NCBI GenBank assembly: GCA_977017645.1
Contig: OZ360221.1
Coordinates: 65,410,001-65,474,000, forward strand
From: Torpedo marmorata
Lineage: Eukaryota
DNA length: 64,000 bases
Direction: 5' to 3'
Below are positions 53,368-64,000 of the stretch, piece by piece (the first letter of the stretch is position 1; each line of letters opens with the position of its first letter). Below the pieces are notes generated by a model, which made no database searches, was not told the DNA's origin, and saw nothing but the letters and a program-made list of their open reading frames with translations. The translations under genes were made by a program, and so were the position numbers.

Positions 53368-56300
53368 ATGGGGGATTCTAAGAGTATAAACTTAGTTAGT
53401 ATTAATATAAATGGGCTTAACAATCCAATTAAAAGGAAAAGAACTTTGACATATATAAAAAAATTGAAGGTAGATATAGCCTTTTTACAAGAAACTCATT
53501 TGACGGATGTTGAACATCAGAAATTGAAAAGAGATTGGGTAGGACATGTTGTAGCTTCATCATTTAATTCTAGAGCAAGGGGAGTTGCTATTTTAGTTAA
53601 TAAAAAGTTGCCCTTCAGGATACAATCGACAGTGATAGATACGGCAGGTAGATATGTTTTGATTTATTGCCAAATCTATTCAGAATTTTGGACTCTTATG
53701 AATTTGTATGTGTCAAATCCAGATGATGAACAGTTTATTCAAGATGCTTTTTTACATTTATCAGATGCTAAAGATAATATTTTAGTTGGTGGTGATTTTA
53801 ATTGTTGTTTAAATGCAATAATGGATAAAACTTCCAAAACAGCTGTTAGACCAAAAATAGTGAAAAAGATAGTTAATTTGATGGAGGATTTAAATTTGGT
53901 GGATATTTGGAGAAAATTAAAACCTAGAGAGAAGGACTATTCATTCTACTCATTTAGACATAATTCTTTTTCCAGGATAGATTTATTTTTATTGTCTTCA
54001 CAACTTCAAGAAAGAATAACACAGATATCTTATAAAGCAAGAATAATTTCGGATCATTCACCTTTATTAATGACGTGTATAATCCCAGAGAAAGAAAAAA
54101 CTATTTATAACTGGAGATTTGATTCTTTATTATTGAAAAGGAAGGATTTTTGTGAATATATGAGACGAGAAATTCAGGAATTTTTAAGAGTAAATAATAA
54201 TTCGGTAGATGATAAATTTATGGTATGGGAAGCTTTGAAAGCTTATTTAAGAGGTTTAATAATAAGTTTTTCAGCAAAGATAAAAAAAGACTATTTGAGA
54301 GAAGAAGAAAAATTAGAGAAGGAGATTGAAATTATGGAAAAAGATTCACAGAGAAACCGGTCTATTCTTAAGAGGAATCGTTTAGTAAGGAAGAAATTAC
54401 ATTATAATTTATTGCAAACGCGTAAGACTGAAAAATTGATAGTAAGAACAAAACAAAGATATTATGAATTAGGGGAAAAGGCACACAAGGTGTTATCATG
54501 GCAATTGAAAAAAGAGCAAGTTTCTAAAACAATTAATGCTATAAGGAAGAGAAATACCGGGGAAATAACATATAAGCCACAAGAAATAAATGAATCTTTT
54601 AAAGAATATTATCAGAATTTATATAGATCTGAGACAGATCAAGATGAAACGAAGATAAATAGATTTTTATCTAAAATTACTTTACCTAAATTGAGTGTTC
54701 AAAGTAAATATTCTTTGGATTTACCTTTTACGATGAGAGAAGTTACTGAAGCAATATCGACGTTGAGAAGTGGTAAATCTCCAGGTGATGATGGATTTCC
54801 AGTAGAATTTTATAAAGAATTTAAAGATTTATTGATACCTTTGTATATGGAGGTATTGAATCAAGTTAAGGAAACTCATTTATTACCGAAGACATTTCTA
54901 AATGCTATCATTACGGTTATACCAAAGAAAGATAGAGATATATTAAAAACAGAATCTTATAGGCCTATTTCATTGTTAAATGTAGATTATAAGATAATGG
55001 CGAAAATTTTAGCAAATAGATTAGCTAAATGTTTACCACATTTAATACATTCAGATCAAGCCGGATTTATTAAAAATAGATATTCGAAAGATAATATAGC
55101 TAGATTGTTAAGCTTAATCAATGTATATAAGAAGAAACAAGATTTACCACTGGTGGTAACATTGGATGCAGAGAAGGCATTTGATAGAGTAGAGTGGAAT
55201 TTCTTATTTAAGGTTTTGGAAAAATTTGGATTTGGAGATAATTTTATAAATTGGATTAAAACTATATATAAGGAACCTACGGCTAAAGTAGTTACAAATG
55301 GACAGATATCGCAAAAGTTCTTATTATCAAGATCAACACGACAGGGATGTCCTTTATCACCTGCTTTGTTTGTGTTGGTAATAGAACCTTTAGCAGAAAT
55401 GATTAGAGAAGATATAAATATAATGGGAATAAAGGTTGGTAGGGAAGAGCATAAGATTAGTATGTTCGCAGATGATGTATTAATATATATGACAAAATCT
55501 GTTACATCACTTCAACAATTGGCTATTATATTGACAGAATATGGTGAGATATCAGGATATAAGATTAATTCAGATAAAAGTGAGATTTTGGCTTTATCAC
55601 AAGGGGATTATACTAGATGTAAAGAAGTTACAGACTTTAAATGGACTACAGAGAGTATTAAATATTTGGGAGTCAAAGTAGATACAAATTTGTATAAATT
55701 AAATTATACACCTTTATTTATTAAAATAAAAAAAGATTTAGAGCTTTGGAAAGACTTACCTATAACGTTGATGGGAAGAGTAAATTGTATTAAAATGAAT
55801 GTTTTTCCAAGAATTCAATATCTTTTTCAATCGATTCCTTATGGTATTCCAAATAAATTTTTTAAAGATTTAAAATTTATTGTTAGGAAATTTCTATGGA
55901 AAGGAAAGTTAGCAAGAGTAAGTATAGATAAATTAACATGGAATTATGAGATGGGAGGATTACAACTTCCTAATTTTCAACATTATTATAAAGTAGCTCA
56001 GTTAAAATTTATTAATGAATTTTTTGATTTAAATAAAACTTCTGCTTGGATTAATATAGAATTGAATAATATGGGAGAAATACATAAAGAAGATATTATT
56101 TATAAATGGAATCCTAAATTATTATTACTTAAAAAGAAAAAAACACCAATTATTAAACATCTGTTGGAAATTTGGTCGCAAGTAGATAAGGAGATAGGTC
56201 AAAAAGGATTAATTTCTTTAAATACACCAATATATCAGAATCCGCTTTTACCATTTTCTATGGATAATCAGTTACTTAAGTTATGGTTTTTAAAGGGAGT

Positions 56301-57150
56301 TAAGACATTAAAAGATTGTTTTGAAGCAGGTAAATTTGTTACCTTTCAGAGGTTAAAGGAAAAATTTAATATATTAGATAATACAATGTTAGTTTATTTT
56401 CAAGTCAGAGCTTTTTTGACTGAGAGATTAGGGAATGAATTAATAATATCAAGACAAAGTGAATTGGAGTTATTAATTACCAAAGTTAATGTTAATAAAT
56501 TTATATCACAAATGTATAAGTTGTTTCAAAGAAAGATGTCTAAGGCAGGAGAACATAGGTCTAGATTGAAATGGGAATTAGATTTGAATGTTAATATAGA
56601 TGAAAAACATTGGAAAGATTTATGTAAATTAAGTATGACAAAAGTTATTAATGTGAGATATAGATTAGTACAATATAATTTTTTTCATCAATTGTATTTG
56701 ACACCTAGAAAATTGAAGAAATTTAACCCAGCGTTATCAGATATGTGTTTTAGATGTAAAACTGAAATAGGATCTTTTGTACATTGTACATGGTCATGTT
56801 CAAAGATTCAAGATTTTTGGTTGAAAGTTAAGAATTTTTTAGAAAGAATTTTTAATGTTGAAATTGCAATGGATCCTATGTTATTTTTATTTGGAGACAT
56901 TAAAAAATTTAGTATTAGACATAAATTGAATATGTATCAAGTAGAATTTTTACGTATAATATTAGCAATTTCAAAAAAATGTATAGCTATTACTTGGAAA
57001 TCGGATGTTGATTTAAATTTAGAACGATGGCATGCAGAGTTACGGTCATGTATACCATTGGAAAAAATTACCTATAATTTACGAAATAAATATCATTCTT
57101 TTTTGAAAATTTGGGGCCCATATACGAGGATTATGGGTTTAACATTGTGA
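53368..57150 (+). CDS. L1 ORF2p (APE endonuclease, RT and CCHC), 1260 aa, uninterrupted
   Basis: NINGLN, FLQETH, GGDFN, SRIDLF, SDHSP; LDAEKAFDRV, RQGCPLSP, FADD, KYLG; CFRC..EIGSFVHCTWSC. Confidence 0.96.
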   Translation: MGDSKSINLVSININGLNNPIKRKRTLTYIKKLKVDIAFLQETHLTDVEHQKLKRDWVGHVVASSFNSRARGVAILVNKKLPFRIQSTVIDTAGRYVLIYCQIYSEFWTLMNLYVSNPDDEQFIQDAFLHLSDAKDNILVGGDFNCCLNAIMDKTSKTAVRPKIVKKIVNLMEDLNLVDIWRKLKPREKDYSFYSFRHNSFSRIDLFLLSSQLQERITQISYKARIISDHSPLLMTCIIPEKEKTIYNWRFDSLLLKRKDFCEYMRREIQEFLRVNNNSVDDKFMVWEALKAYLRGLIISFSAKIKKDYLREEEKLEKEIEIMEKDSQRNRSILKRNRLVRKKLHYNLLQTRKTEKLIVRTKQRYYELGEKAHKVLSWQLKKEQVSKTINAIRKRNTGEITYKPQEINESFKEYYQNLYRSETDQDETKINRFLSKITLPKLSVQSKYSLDLPFTMREVTEAISTLRSGKSPGDDGFPVEFYKEFKDLLIPLYMEVLNQVKETHLLPKTFLNAIITVIPKKDRDILKTESYRPISLLNVDYKIMAKILANRLAKCLPHLIHSDQAGFIKNRYSKDNIARLLSLINVYKKKQDLPLVVTLDAEKAFDRVEWNFLFKVLEKFGFGDNFINWIKTIYKEPTAKVVTNGQISQKFLLSRSTRQGCPLSPALFVLVIEPLAEMIREDINIMGIKVGREEHKISMFADDVLIYMTKSVTSLQQLAIILTEYGEISGYKINSDKSEILALSQGDYTRCKEVTDFKWTTESIKYLGVKVDTNLYKLNYTPLFIKIKKDLELWKDLPITLMGRVNCIKMNVFPRIQYLFQSIPYGIPNKFFKDLKFIVRKFLWKGKLARVSIDKLTWNYEMGGLQLPNFQHYYKVAQLKFINEFFDLNKTSAWINIELNNMGEIHKEDIIYKWNPKLLLLKKKKTPIIKHLLEIWSQVDKEIGQKGLISLNTPIYQNPLLPFSMDNQLLKLWFLKGVKTLKDCFEAGKFVTFQRLKEKFNILDNTMLVYFQVRAFLTERLGNELIISRQSELELLITKVNVNKFISQMYKLFQRKMSKAGEHRSRLKWELDLNVNIDEKHWKDLCKLSMTKVINVRYRLVQYNFFHQLYLTPRKLKKFNPALSDMCFRCKTEIGSFVHCTWSCSKIQDFWLKVKNFLERIFNVEIAMDPMLFLFGDIKKFSIRHKLNMYQVEFLRIILAISKKCIAITWKSDVDLNLERWHAELRSCIPLEKITYNLRNKYHSFLKIWGPYTRIMGLTL

Positions 57151-57544
57151 ACTCTCTGGATATTAGACCTACCGGCGAAATAACCTCTAAGATATACTAG
57201 TTTTTTTTCTTTCTTTTAAGCTTATTGACTCCTCGCTCTATCTTTCTATCTCTTTTTTTTTTCTCTTTTTCTTTTACTATTATTATTTTATATCTTAATT
57301 AGATTAGGGGGGTATAGGGGTTAGGGAGGGGAGGGTGGGACGAGGGGGGGAGAAAATGTAAAATAAAAAAAAAAAAAAAAAAAAAAGAAAAAGGAGCAAT
57401 GAAGTCGGTGAATATGGAGAGGAGAGAAGTTGATTCCAAACCCACCACTTCCATCAGCTGGAAGGACAAGGGCAACAAAAGAATGGGCAATATCATCTGG
57501 AAGTTGCCCTCCCGAGCCACACTCCACCAGTGGTAGGTGGTGAG

Positions 57545-58272
57545 AAAGTATATCTAAGATTACAATATGGTCTTGATAAATTGGGAAAGTGGGCCAAAGA
57601 ATGACAAGTGAAATTTAACTCTTAAGTGCAATGTGTTTTGCACTTTGGTAGGTTAAGCTAGGGCAAGACTTGCATGGTCCATGTTAGGGCCCTAGGGAGT
57701 GTTGTAGAACAAAAATACTTGGGAATACAGGTGCACAGTTCCCTGAAAGTGGTGACACAATTAGACAGGTTGGTGAAAAAGGCATTTGGCAAGCTTGCCA
57801 TGTGTCATGGCACTGAGTACAGGAACAGGGACGTTGTGCTGCAACTATGGATGAGACAGCACTTGGAGTATTGTGCTCAGTTCCGCGAAGGATGTAATTA
57901 AGCTAGAAAGGGTGCAGAAAAGATTCACGAGGATGTTACTGGGACTGGAGGGCTTGAGTTATGAAGGTTGGATTGGCTGGTACTTTCATCCCCTGAGTGT
58001 GGGAGGCTGAGGGGGGGGGGGGGGGGAGGGGACCTAACAGAGGTTTATAAAAATTATGAGGGGCATAGATAACTAGTCACAATCTTTTTCCCAGGGTAGG
58101 GGAGTCTAAAACGAGAGGGCATAGATTTAAACTGAGTGGGGAAAAGATTTAAAAGGCAGGTACATGGATAGGAAAGGTTGAGAGGGACATGGGCAAATGG
58201 GACTAGATTTGTCAGCGTGGATGGGTTGGGCAAAAGGGCTTGTTTCTGTGCTGTAGAACTCTGACTCTATGA
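57545..58272 (+). mobile_element. Degraded CR1 3' part
   Basis: YLGIQVHSSLKV, LEYCAQF and ERVQKRFTRML motifs; CTATGA-type tail. Confidence 0.85.
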
Positions 58273-58292
58273 TTATAATGGTTGGAGAATTG

Positions 58293-59027
58293 TCATAGAG
58301 TTCTATAGCACAGAAACAGACCCTTCAACCCATTTACATTCAGCCCACATGCCTCAAAACCTTTCCTATCCATGTACCTGTCTGAATGTCTTTTGAATGT
58401 TATAATTGTCCCCATTTCAACCACTTCTTCTGGCAGCATGTTCCATATACCCACTGTGAAGAAAGTGTCTGTTGTGTCAATTTCAAATCTGTCCCCTCTC
58501 GCCTTGAATCTATAGTTTAACATACCATGAGGGGAAAAAAGTCTGTGACTGTTTATGTTATCTATACCCTTCATGATTTTATGAATCTCTATAGCAATCC
58601 TCTTTAGCCTCCCACATTCTGGGAGAAAAGTCCCAGCCTCTCCTTATAATTCAAGCTGACAAATCTTGACCATCTTTTCCTGAATCTTGCAATACTCCAA
58701 GTCCAGCTTCACCAATGTCTTGAACGGTTGAAAAGTGATGTTCCTGTAATGCCCTGACCAATGAAGATAAGTGTGCCAAGTGTTTTCTTCAACACCCTGT
58801 CTATCTGTGTCACCACTTCCATGGAACTATGTACACCTGTCTTTGTTCTAAAATACTCCCCAGGACCCTACCAATCGCCATGTAAGTCTTATCCTGGTTT
58901 ACCATACTAAAATGCAACTCCTCACAATTGTCGGAGTTAAATTCCACCTGCCATTCCTTAGCCTACTTTCCTAGTTCATCTAGATCCTGTTATAATCTCA
59001 GATAACCTTCTTCACTGTCCCCTATAA
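58293..59027 (-). mobile_element. Degraded CR1 3' part, tail-to-tail with the preceding copy
   Basis: ORF 58293-58574: GIWNMLPEEVVE...FKRHSDRYMDRKG. Confidence 0.85.
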
Positions 59028-59736
59028 CAGCCATTCTTGACCTTTTTTTGGCTATGGCCCCCTTAGGGCTCTGCTCAAAGTTTATGGCCCCCCCTTCCCT
59101 GTGAAGCAGTCAAGTTTAGTTGGTTTCTTCTACACTTCTCTCCTACCGACTTATGCAAAATAAGTATTTATGTTTTTCGTGAGGTGAAAAGAAAACAAGG
59201 CTTTTACTCTGAGTGTAACAACTGTGGCTTGTTATTCCAGAACAAATAGACAAATAAGAAATAATTCTTGTTGAACATGTAGGAAAGAAGAAAACATGAA
59301 CTTGCATATTAAAGAAAATTAAAAAAAGATTCTCGGAGCGCAATGGTTTAGACACAATGAGTCATTAGGGAACCTAAGCATAAACTTGAAGATGTGAAAA
59401 CTTAATCAAAAGAAATAAAAATAATTTTAAAAATAATTCTTACAAAATGTAAATTTTAGTGAGATCCTTGAGCTTGATGTTCCTGTGCAAGTTGTTTTTT
59501 AATGTCAGGCTCCAAATAAATAGTGATAGTCGAAGGTCACCTCTTGTTGTGATATCAAGTTTGTTCCTGGATTTTGTCAAGGAAACTACCTTCCTGAATC
59601 TACATTCAACCAAGTATAGTATGTTGAAGGAAAGGCAGTGAAAAATATTTTGGCCTTTTCTCAAAGTTTTGGAAATCTATTCGGCAGATCACTCTGAACC
59701 CAAAAATCTTTTTTAAATTGATTGAGCTTGCGGCGT
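59028..59736 (-). mobile_element. hAT (Charlie/Buster-like) DNA transposon 3' remnant, interrupted by the Gypsy element
   Basis: YLVECRF...KSRNKLDITTRGDLRLSL resembles the hAT C-terminal dimerisation region. Terminus CAGCCATTCTTGACCTTTTT at 59028. Confidence 0.75.
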
Positions 59737-59993
59737 TGTGGTAAACCACTATGTATAGGTTGTGGCTGGGTGATATGTCTGGACATGCCCTCTGCTGACT
59801 GTCCTGGTGGCTCCTTCCACAGACCCCCTGAATAAAGGCCATTGTGCCACCACTCCTCCCCCAGTCCAGGACAGATTATCAGCACAGATGTAGCTCCATT
59901 CTTTTGCTAATAAAAGCCTTTCAGTTCCAGTGTAACTTCTAGTCTTTTGAAGTTATTGATGGGCTCATCAATTTTATTAGCAAAATTGTAAGC

Positions 59994-62900
59994 ATGGAGA
60001 ATGTCTTGAGACCAGACAAGCTGGACCTCGATCCACAAAAACCAGAGGCCGGCAATGCTTTTGAACTCTGGCTAGCCTGCTTTGAGTTGTTCCTGGAGGA
60101 GATCAAGGTACAAGAAGATGCTGCAAAACGCAAGGTCCTCCTCTCTAGGGTATGCCCACGAGTCTACTCCATGATCCGAGATCTGCAGACTTACGAAGAC
60201 ACTATGAATGCCCTTAAAAGACAGTATATACGGCCTGTTAATACTGTATATGCGCGACACCGGCTAGCGACGCGGCAGCAGCAGCGGCTCGGGGAGTCGA
60301 GCGCGGAGTTCGTCCGGGCCCTACAGACACTCGTGCGGGCCTGCGACTGCCAGGGACTGACGGCTGAACAACACGCAGAGCTCCTAGTAAGAGACACTTT
60401 TGTTATGGGGACCAGGTCAGTGTATGTGCGCCAGCGGCTGCTGGAACAAGCTGACCTCACCTTCCGTTCCGCGATCGAGCTGGCCGATACAATGGAGGCC
60501 GCACTACAGAACTCTGATGCTATCCAGGCGCGCGATCTCCTGCCGGCTCCGTGGATACCGCAGACCACACACCACGCCGGTGAATTGACCACAGCTGCCG
60601 TCAGCCGCGAGTCTGAGAAATGTTACTTCTGCGGACTTGAAAAGCACTCCTGGAAATGTTGCCCGGCCCGAGAACCGACCTGCTCCAGCTGTAGGCAGAA
60701 AGGCCATTTCGCTAAGGTCTGTAGATCTAAACCGCGTGCGGGATTGAGCAGCGCTGCGTGCGAGACATGGGGCCGCCATCTTACTTACCCGTGGCCAACA
60801 CGTGCGAGTCATTGGAGCGGCCATTTTGTTCCACGCCATCGCGCCGACACGGTGCCGCCATCCCGGAACAGCAGGCACTCCATCGCGTCGGATCAAGACA
60901 GCGACCCATGGGTGCCCCCACCCCGGAACACCTGGCACCCCATCGCGTCGGTTCAAGACAGCGACTCAACGTTGGCGTCAGTTACACTCGATCAGAGTGT
61001 ACCTCACCAACTCGCGAGGTCGATGATGGACATCCTGGTCGAGGGACACAGAACAAACTGCCTGTTCGACACGGGCAGCACAGAGAGCTTCATCCACCCA
61101 GACACGGTACAGCGATGCGGCTTCAAGACACAGCCGGTAAGCCAGAGGGTTGCCATGGCTTCTGGATCGCACACAACAGGCAACCGGGAAGGTTGTGTAG
61201 CGACGCTAGTGGTGCAGGACACTGAATATCGGGACTTCACGCTATTGGTCATGCCCCGACTGTGTGCCCCTGTACTACTGGGGCTCGACTTCCAGAGTCA
61301 CCTCCAAAGTGTGACTATGGAGTATGACGGGCCGCTTCCACCAATTACTGTCGGTAACCACCAATTTCTTAAAAACGACAGACGTATTTCGTCACACCAC
61401 ACTACTTGCGGTCTATCCACCCTCAAGATCCTGCCCCCAACACTGTTCGCCAATCTGACCCCTGATTGTAAACCCGTGGCAACCAAAAGCAGGAGATACA
61501 GTGCAGGGGACAGGGCATTCATTAAGTCAGAGGTACAGTGGTTACTTGGGGAAGGGATCATTGAGGCGAGCATGAGTCCCTGGAGGGCCCAGGTGGTTGT
61601 CGTCAAGAACGGGGAGAAAAACAGGATGGTGGTAGATTACAGTCAGACCGTCAATAGGTTCACACAGCTTGACGCGTACCCCCTACCACGCATTGCAGAT
61701 ATGATAAATCAGATAGCTCAATATAAGCTTTTCTCCACCATAGACCTCAAATCTGCCTACCACCAGCTCCCCATTTGCCGGGAGGATCGCCCCTACACCG
61801 CCTTCGAGGCGGACGGCAGACTCTATGACGTCCTGCACGTTCCCTTCGGGGTCACAAATGGGGTATCTGTCTTCCAGAGGGAGATGGACAGGATGGTGGA
61901 CCAGTACAAATTAAAGGCCACTTTTCCATATCTAGACAACATTACTATCTGCGGTCACGACCGGCAGGACCATGATAACATTCTCCGGAAGTTCCTCCAA
62001 GCGGCCAAAGCACTTAACCTCACCTATAACAAGGATAAGTGCGTGTTCGGAACCACCCGACTCGCTATCCTGGGGTGTGTTGTGGAGAACAGGGTAATCG
62101 GCCCCGACCCCGACTGCATGCGCCCCCTGTTGGAACTACCACTTCCCCACACCCTCAGAGCCCTCAAAAGGTGCTTGGGCTTCTTTTCTTACTATGCTCA
62201 ATGGGTCCCTAATTATGCAGACAAGGCCCACCCCCTAGTCAAGTCCACCACTTTTCCCCTTGCAGCGGAGGCACGTGAGGCTTTCAGCCTCATAAAAGGG
62301 GACATTGACCGAGCAGCAATGCACGCGGTGGACGAGTCCACTCCCTTCCAAGTAGAGAGTGACGCGTCCGACTTCGCACTGGCTGCTACACTCAACCAGG
62401 CGGGAAGACCGGTGGCGTTCTTCTCCCGTACCCTTCAAGGCCCAGAAATTCGGCACTCAGCGGTGGAGAAAGAGGCCCAGGCGATAGTGGAAGCTATCAG
62501 GCACTGGAGGCACTATCTCGCCGGCAAAAGGTTTACCCTGCTGACTGACCAATGTTCAGTCGCATTCATGTTCAGCAACCAGCATCGGGGTAAAATCAAA
62601 TACGATAAAATCCTGAGGTGGAGAATTGAACTCTCCACCTACAACTATGATATAATGTACCGGTCCGGGAAGCTCAACGAGCCCTCCGATGCTCTATCTC
62701 GGGGGACGTGCGCCAGCGCACAGATCGACCGGTTATATGCCCTCCACTGCGACCTTTGCCACCCCAAAGTCACCCGGCTTTTCCACTTTGTGAAAGCCCA
62801 TAACCTACCGTACTCCCTGGAAGAGCTCAGGACGATGACCGGGAGCTGCCATGTCTGCGCAGAGTGCAAACCGCACTTCTACCGACCTGACAAGGCACAA

Positions 62901-63820
62901 TTGATAAAAGCAACCCGCCCATTTGAGCGACTAAGCGTCGACTTTAAGGGCCCCCTTCCCTCCACCGACTGCAATGTGTACTTCCTCAACGTCATTGACG
63001 AATACTCGCGGTTCCCTTTCGCCATTCCCTGCCCCGATACCACTTCCACCTCGGTCATAAAAGCTCTCTGCAAACTCTTCACATTGTTTGGATACCCTTG
63101 CTATATCCATAGTGACCGAGGATCCTCGTTTATGAGTGACGAGCAACGCCAATACCTGTTGGCCAGGGGTATCGCGACTAGCAGGACCACGAGCTATAAT
63201 CCACGGGGAAATGGACAAGTGGAGAGGGAGAACGCCACGGTCTGGAAGGCCACACTCTTAGCCCTCAGGTCTAAGGGATTACCAGTCTCCCGCTGGCAAG
63301 AAGTCCTTCCCGAGGCACTCCACTCCATCCGCTCCCTGCTATGCACATCCACCAATGCCACACCTCATGAGAGACTCTTTTCCTTTCCCAGGAAGTCGAC
63401 CACTGGGACTACCCTACCAGCATGGCTGACGTCCTCAGGGCCAGTGCTGCTCCAGAAACATGTCAGGAGAGGGTTCAATTACTACACGCGAACCCCCAGT
63501 ATGCCTACGTGGTTTTTCCTGATGGGCGGGAGGACACGGTCTCCATCCGGGACTTGCCACCCGCAGGAGCACTGGGGCCCGCCCTCGAACACTCCGTAGT
63601 TACTGTCACCCCCGTACCTACCATTAAAGCCACACAAGAGGCACCACCCAATTCAAACATGACACCAAATGTACCGGCATATTCACACGAGGTTTTGCGA
63701 ACGCCAGATGTGCTGGTACCCCAAATTAGGCAGGAGGCAGCACCGCTGCCTGCCCCATCACCACAAGTACTGCGCCGATCACAGCGGTGGACCCGACCGC
63801 CTGATCGACTCGATTTGTAA
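59994..63820 (+). CDS. Gypsy gag-pol polyprotein (gag-CCHC, PR, RT, RNase H, IN); open 59994-63599, with the true C-terminus shifted into frame 63422-63820
   Basis: CSSCRQKGHFAKVC, LFDTGS, IDLKSAYHQ, PFGVTNG, YLDN, SDASD, EKEAQAI, HHCC and D-D-E (DFKG, SDRGS, QVEREN). A frameshift near 63468 separates LLHANPQYAYV. Confidence 0.9.
60851..60966 (+). repeat. In-frame 60-bp tandem duplication in the gag-protease linker
   Basis: VPPSRNSRHSIASDQDSD / VPPPRNTWHPIASVQDSD, period exactly 60 nt. Confidence 0.9.
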
Positions 63821-64000
63821 TTTGTAAATTCTTTGTAAATATGGTTACACCCTTCATCCCGTGGGACTCTTTGAAAAGGAGGGGTGAATGTGGTAAACCA
63901 CTATGTATAGGTTGTGGCTGGGTGATATGTCTGGACATGCCCTCTGCTGACTGTCCCGGTGGCTCCTCCCACAGACCCCCTGAATAAAGATGATTGTGCC

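Larger units (their letters stand above)
51602..57390 (+). mobile_element. Full-length L1-clade LINE (about 5.8 kb)
   Basis: G-rich 5' end, ORF1, spacer, ORF2, pyrimidine- then G-rich 3' UTR, AATAAA and poly(A). TSD AAGGAGCAATGAAGTC at 51586-51601 and 57391-57406. Confidence 0.96.
59737..64000 (+). mobile_element. Ty3/Gypsy LTR retrotransposon (3' LTR cut by the window end)
   Basis: 5' LTR 59737-59970 (TG...CA), PPT 63873-63888, 3' LTR from 63889 (5 differences in the 112 bp visible). Confidence 0.96.

Noticed and set aside
60072-63218. Antisense ORFs within the Gypsy element
   Set aside because: Short shadows of the GC-rich gag-pol frame with no motifs.
40872-64000. SPAG6 coding exon 3
   Set aside because: I found no segment encoding the expected armadillo-repeat continuation with splice sites; it probably lies beyond the window, though a miss by eye is possible.

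Overview
Vertebrate genomic DNA, very probably from a cartilaginous fish (shark or ray), judged from the repeat landscape: HE1-like V-SINE, abundant CR1, Rex1/Babar and Penelope fragments. It carries the conserved + strand synteny block COMMD3 (8 coding exons, 6248-9914, 194 aa), BMI1 (non-coding exon 1 beside an assembly gap, 9 coding exons 15925-20218, 325 aa) and SPAG6 (first two coding exons only, 38729-40871; exon 3 was not found in the window). The COMMD3-BMI1 core is almost free of transposons. SPAG6 intron 2 is a nested stack of mobile elements: a Rex1 LINE interrupted by a 5.7-kb internally deleted gamma/epsilon-type ERV (tRNA-Arg PBS, compact env) and by a palindromic array of Penelope-type minimal hammerhead motifs; a full-length L1-clade LINE with two open ORFs and a TSD; and a Gypsy element inside a hAT remnant. 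Most unusual signals: (1) the Gypsy element has no tRNA PBS but a perfect 14-nt complement to its own LTR (candidate self-priming) together with a YLDN RT motif; (2) short TSD-flanked hammerhead-bearing Penelope derivatives, one with a tandem trimer plus an inverted copy; (3) a 5S-derived SINE3 and a GC-rich element sharing a Rex1-like tail; (4) a candidate conserved BMI1 uORF and an in-frame COMMD3-BMI1 read-through path. All calls are by eye; no database searches were run.
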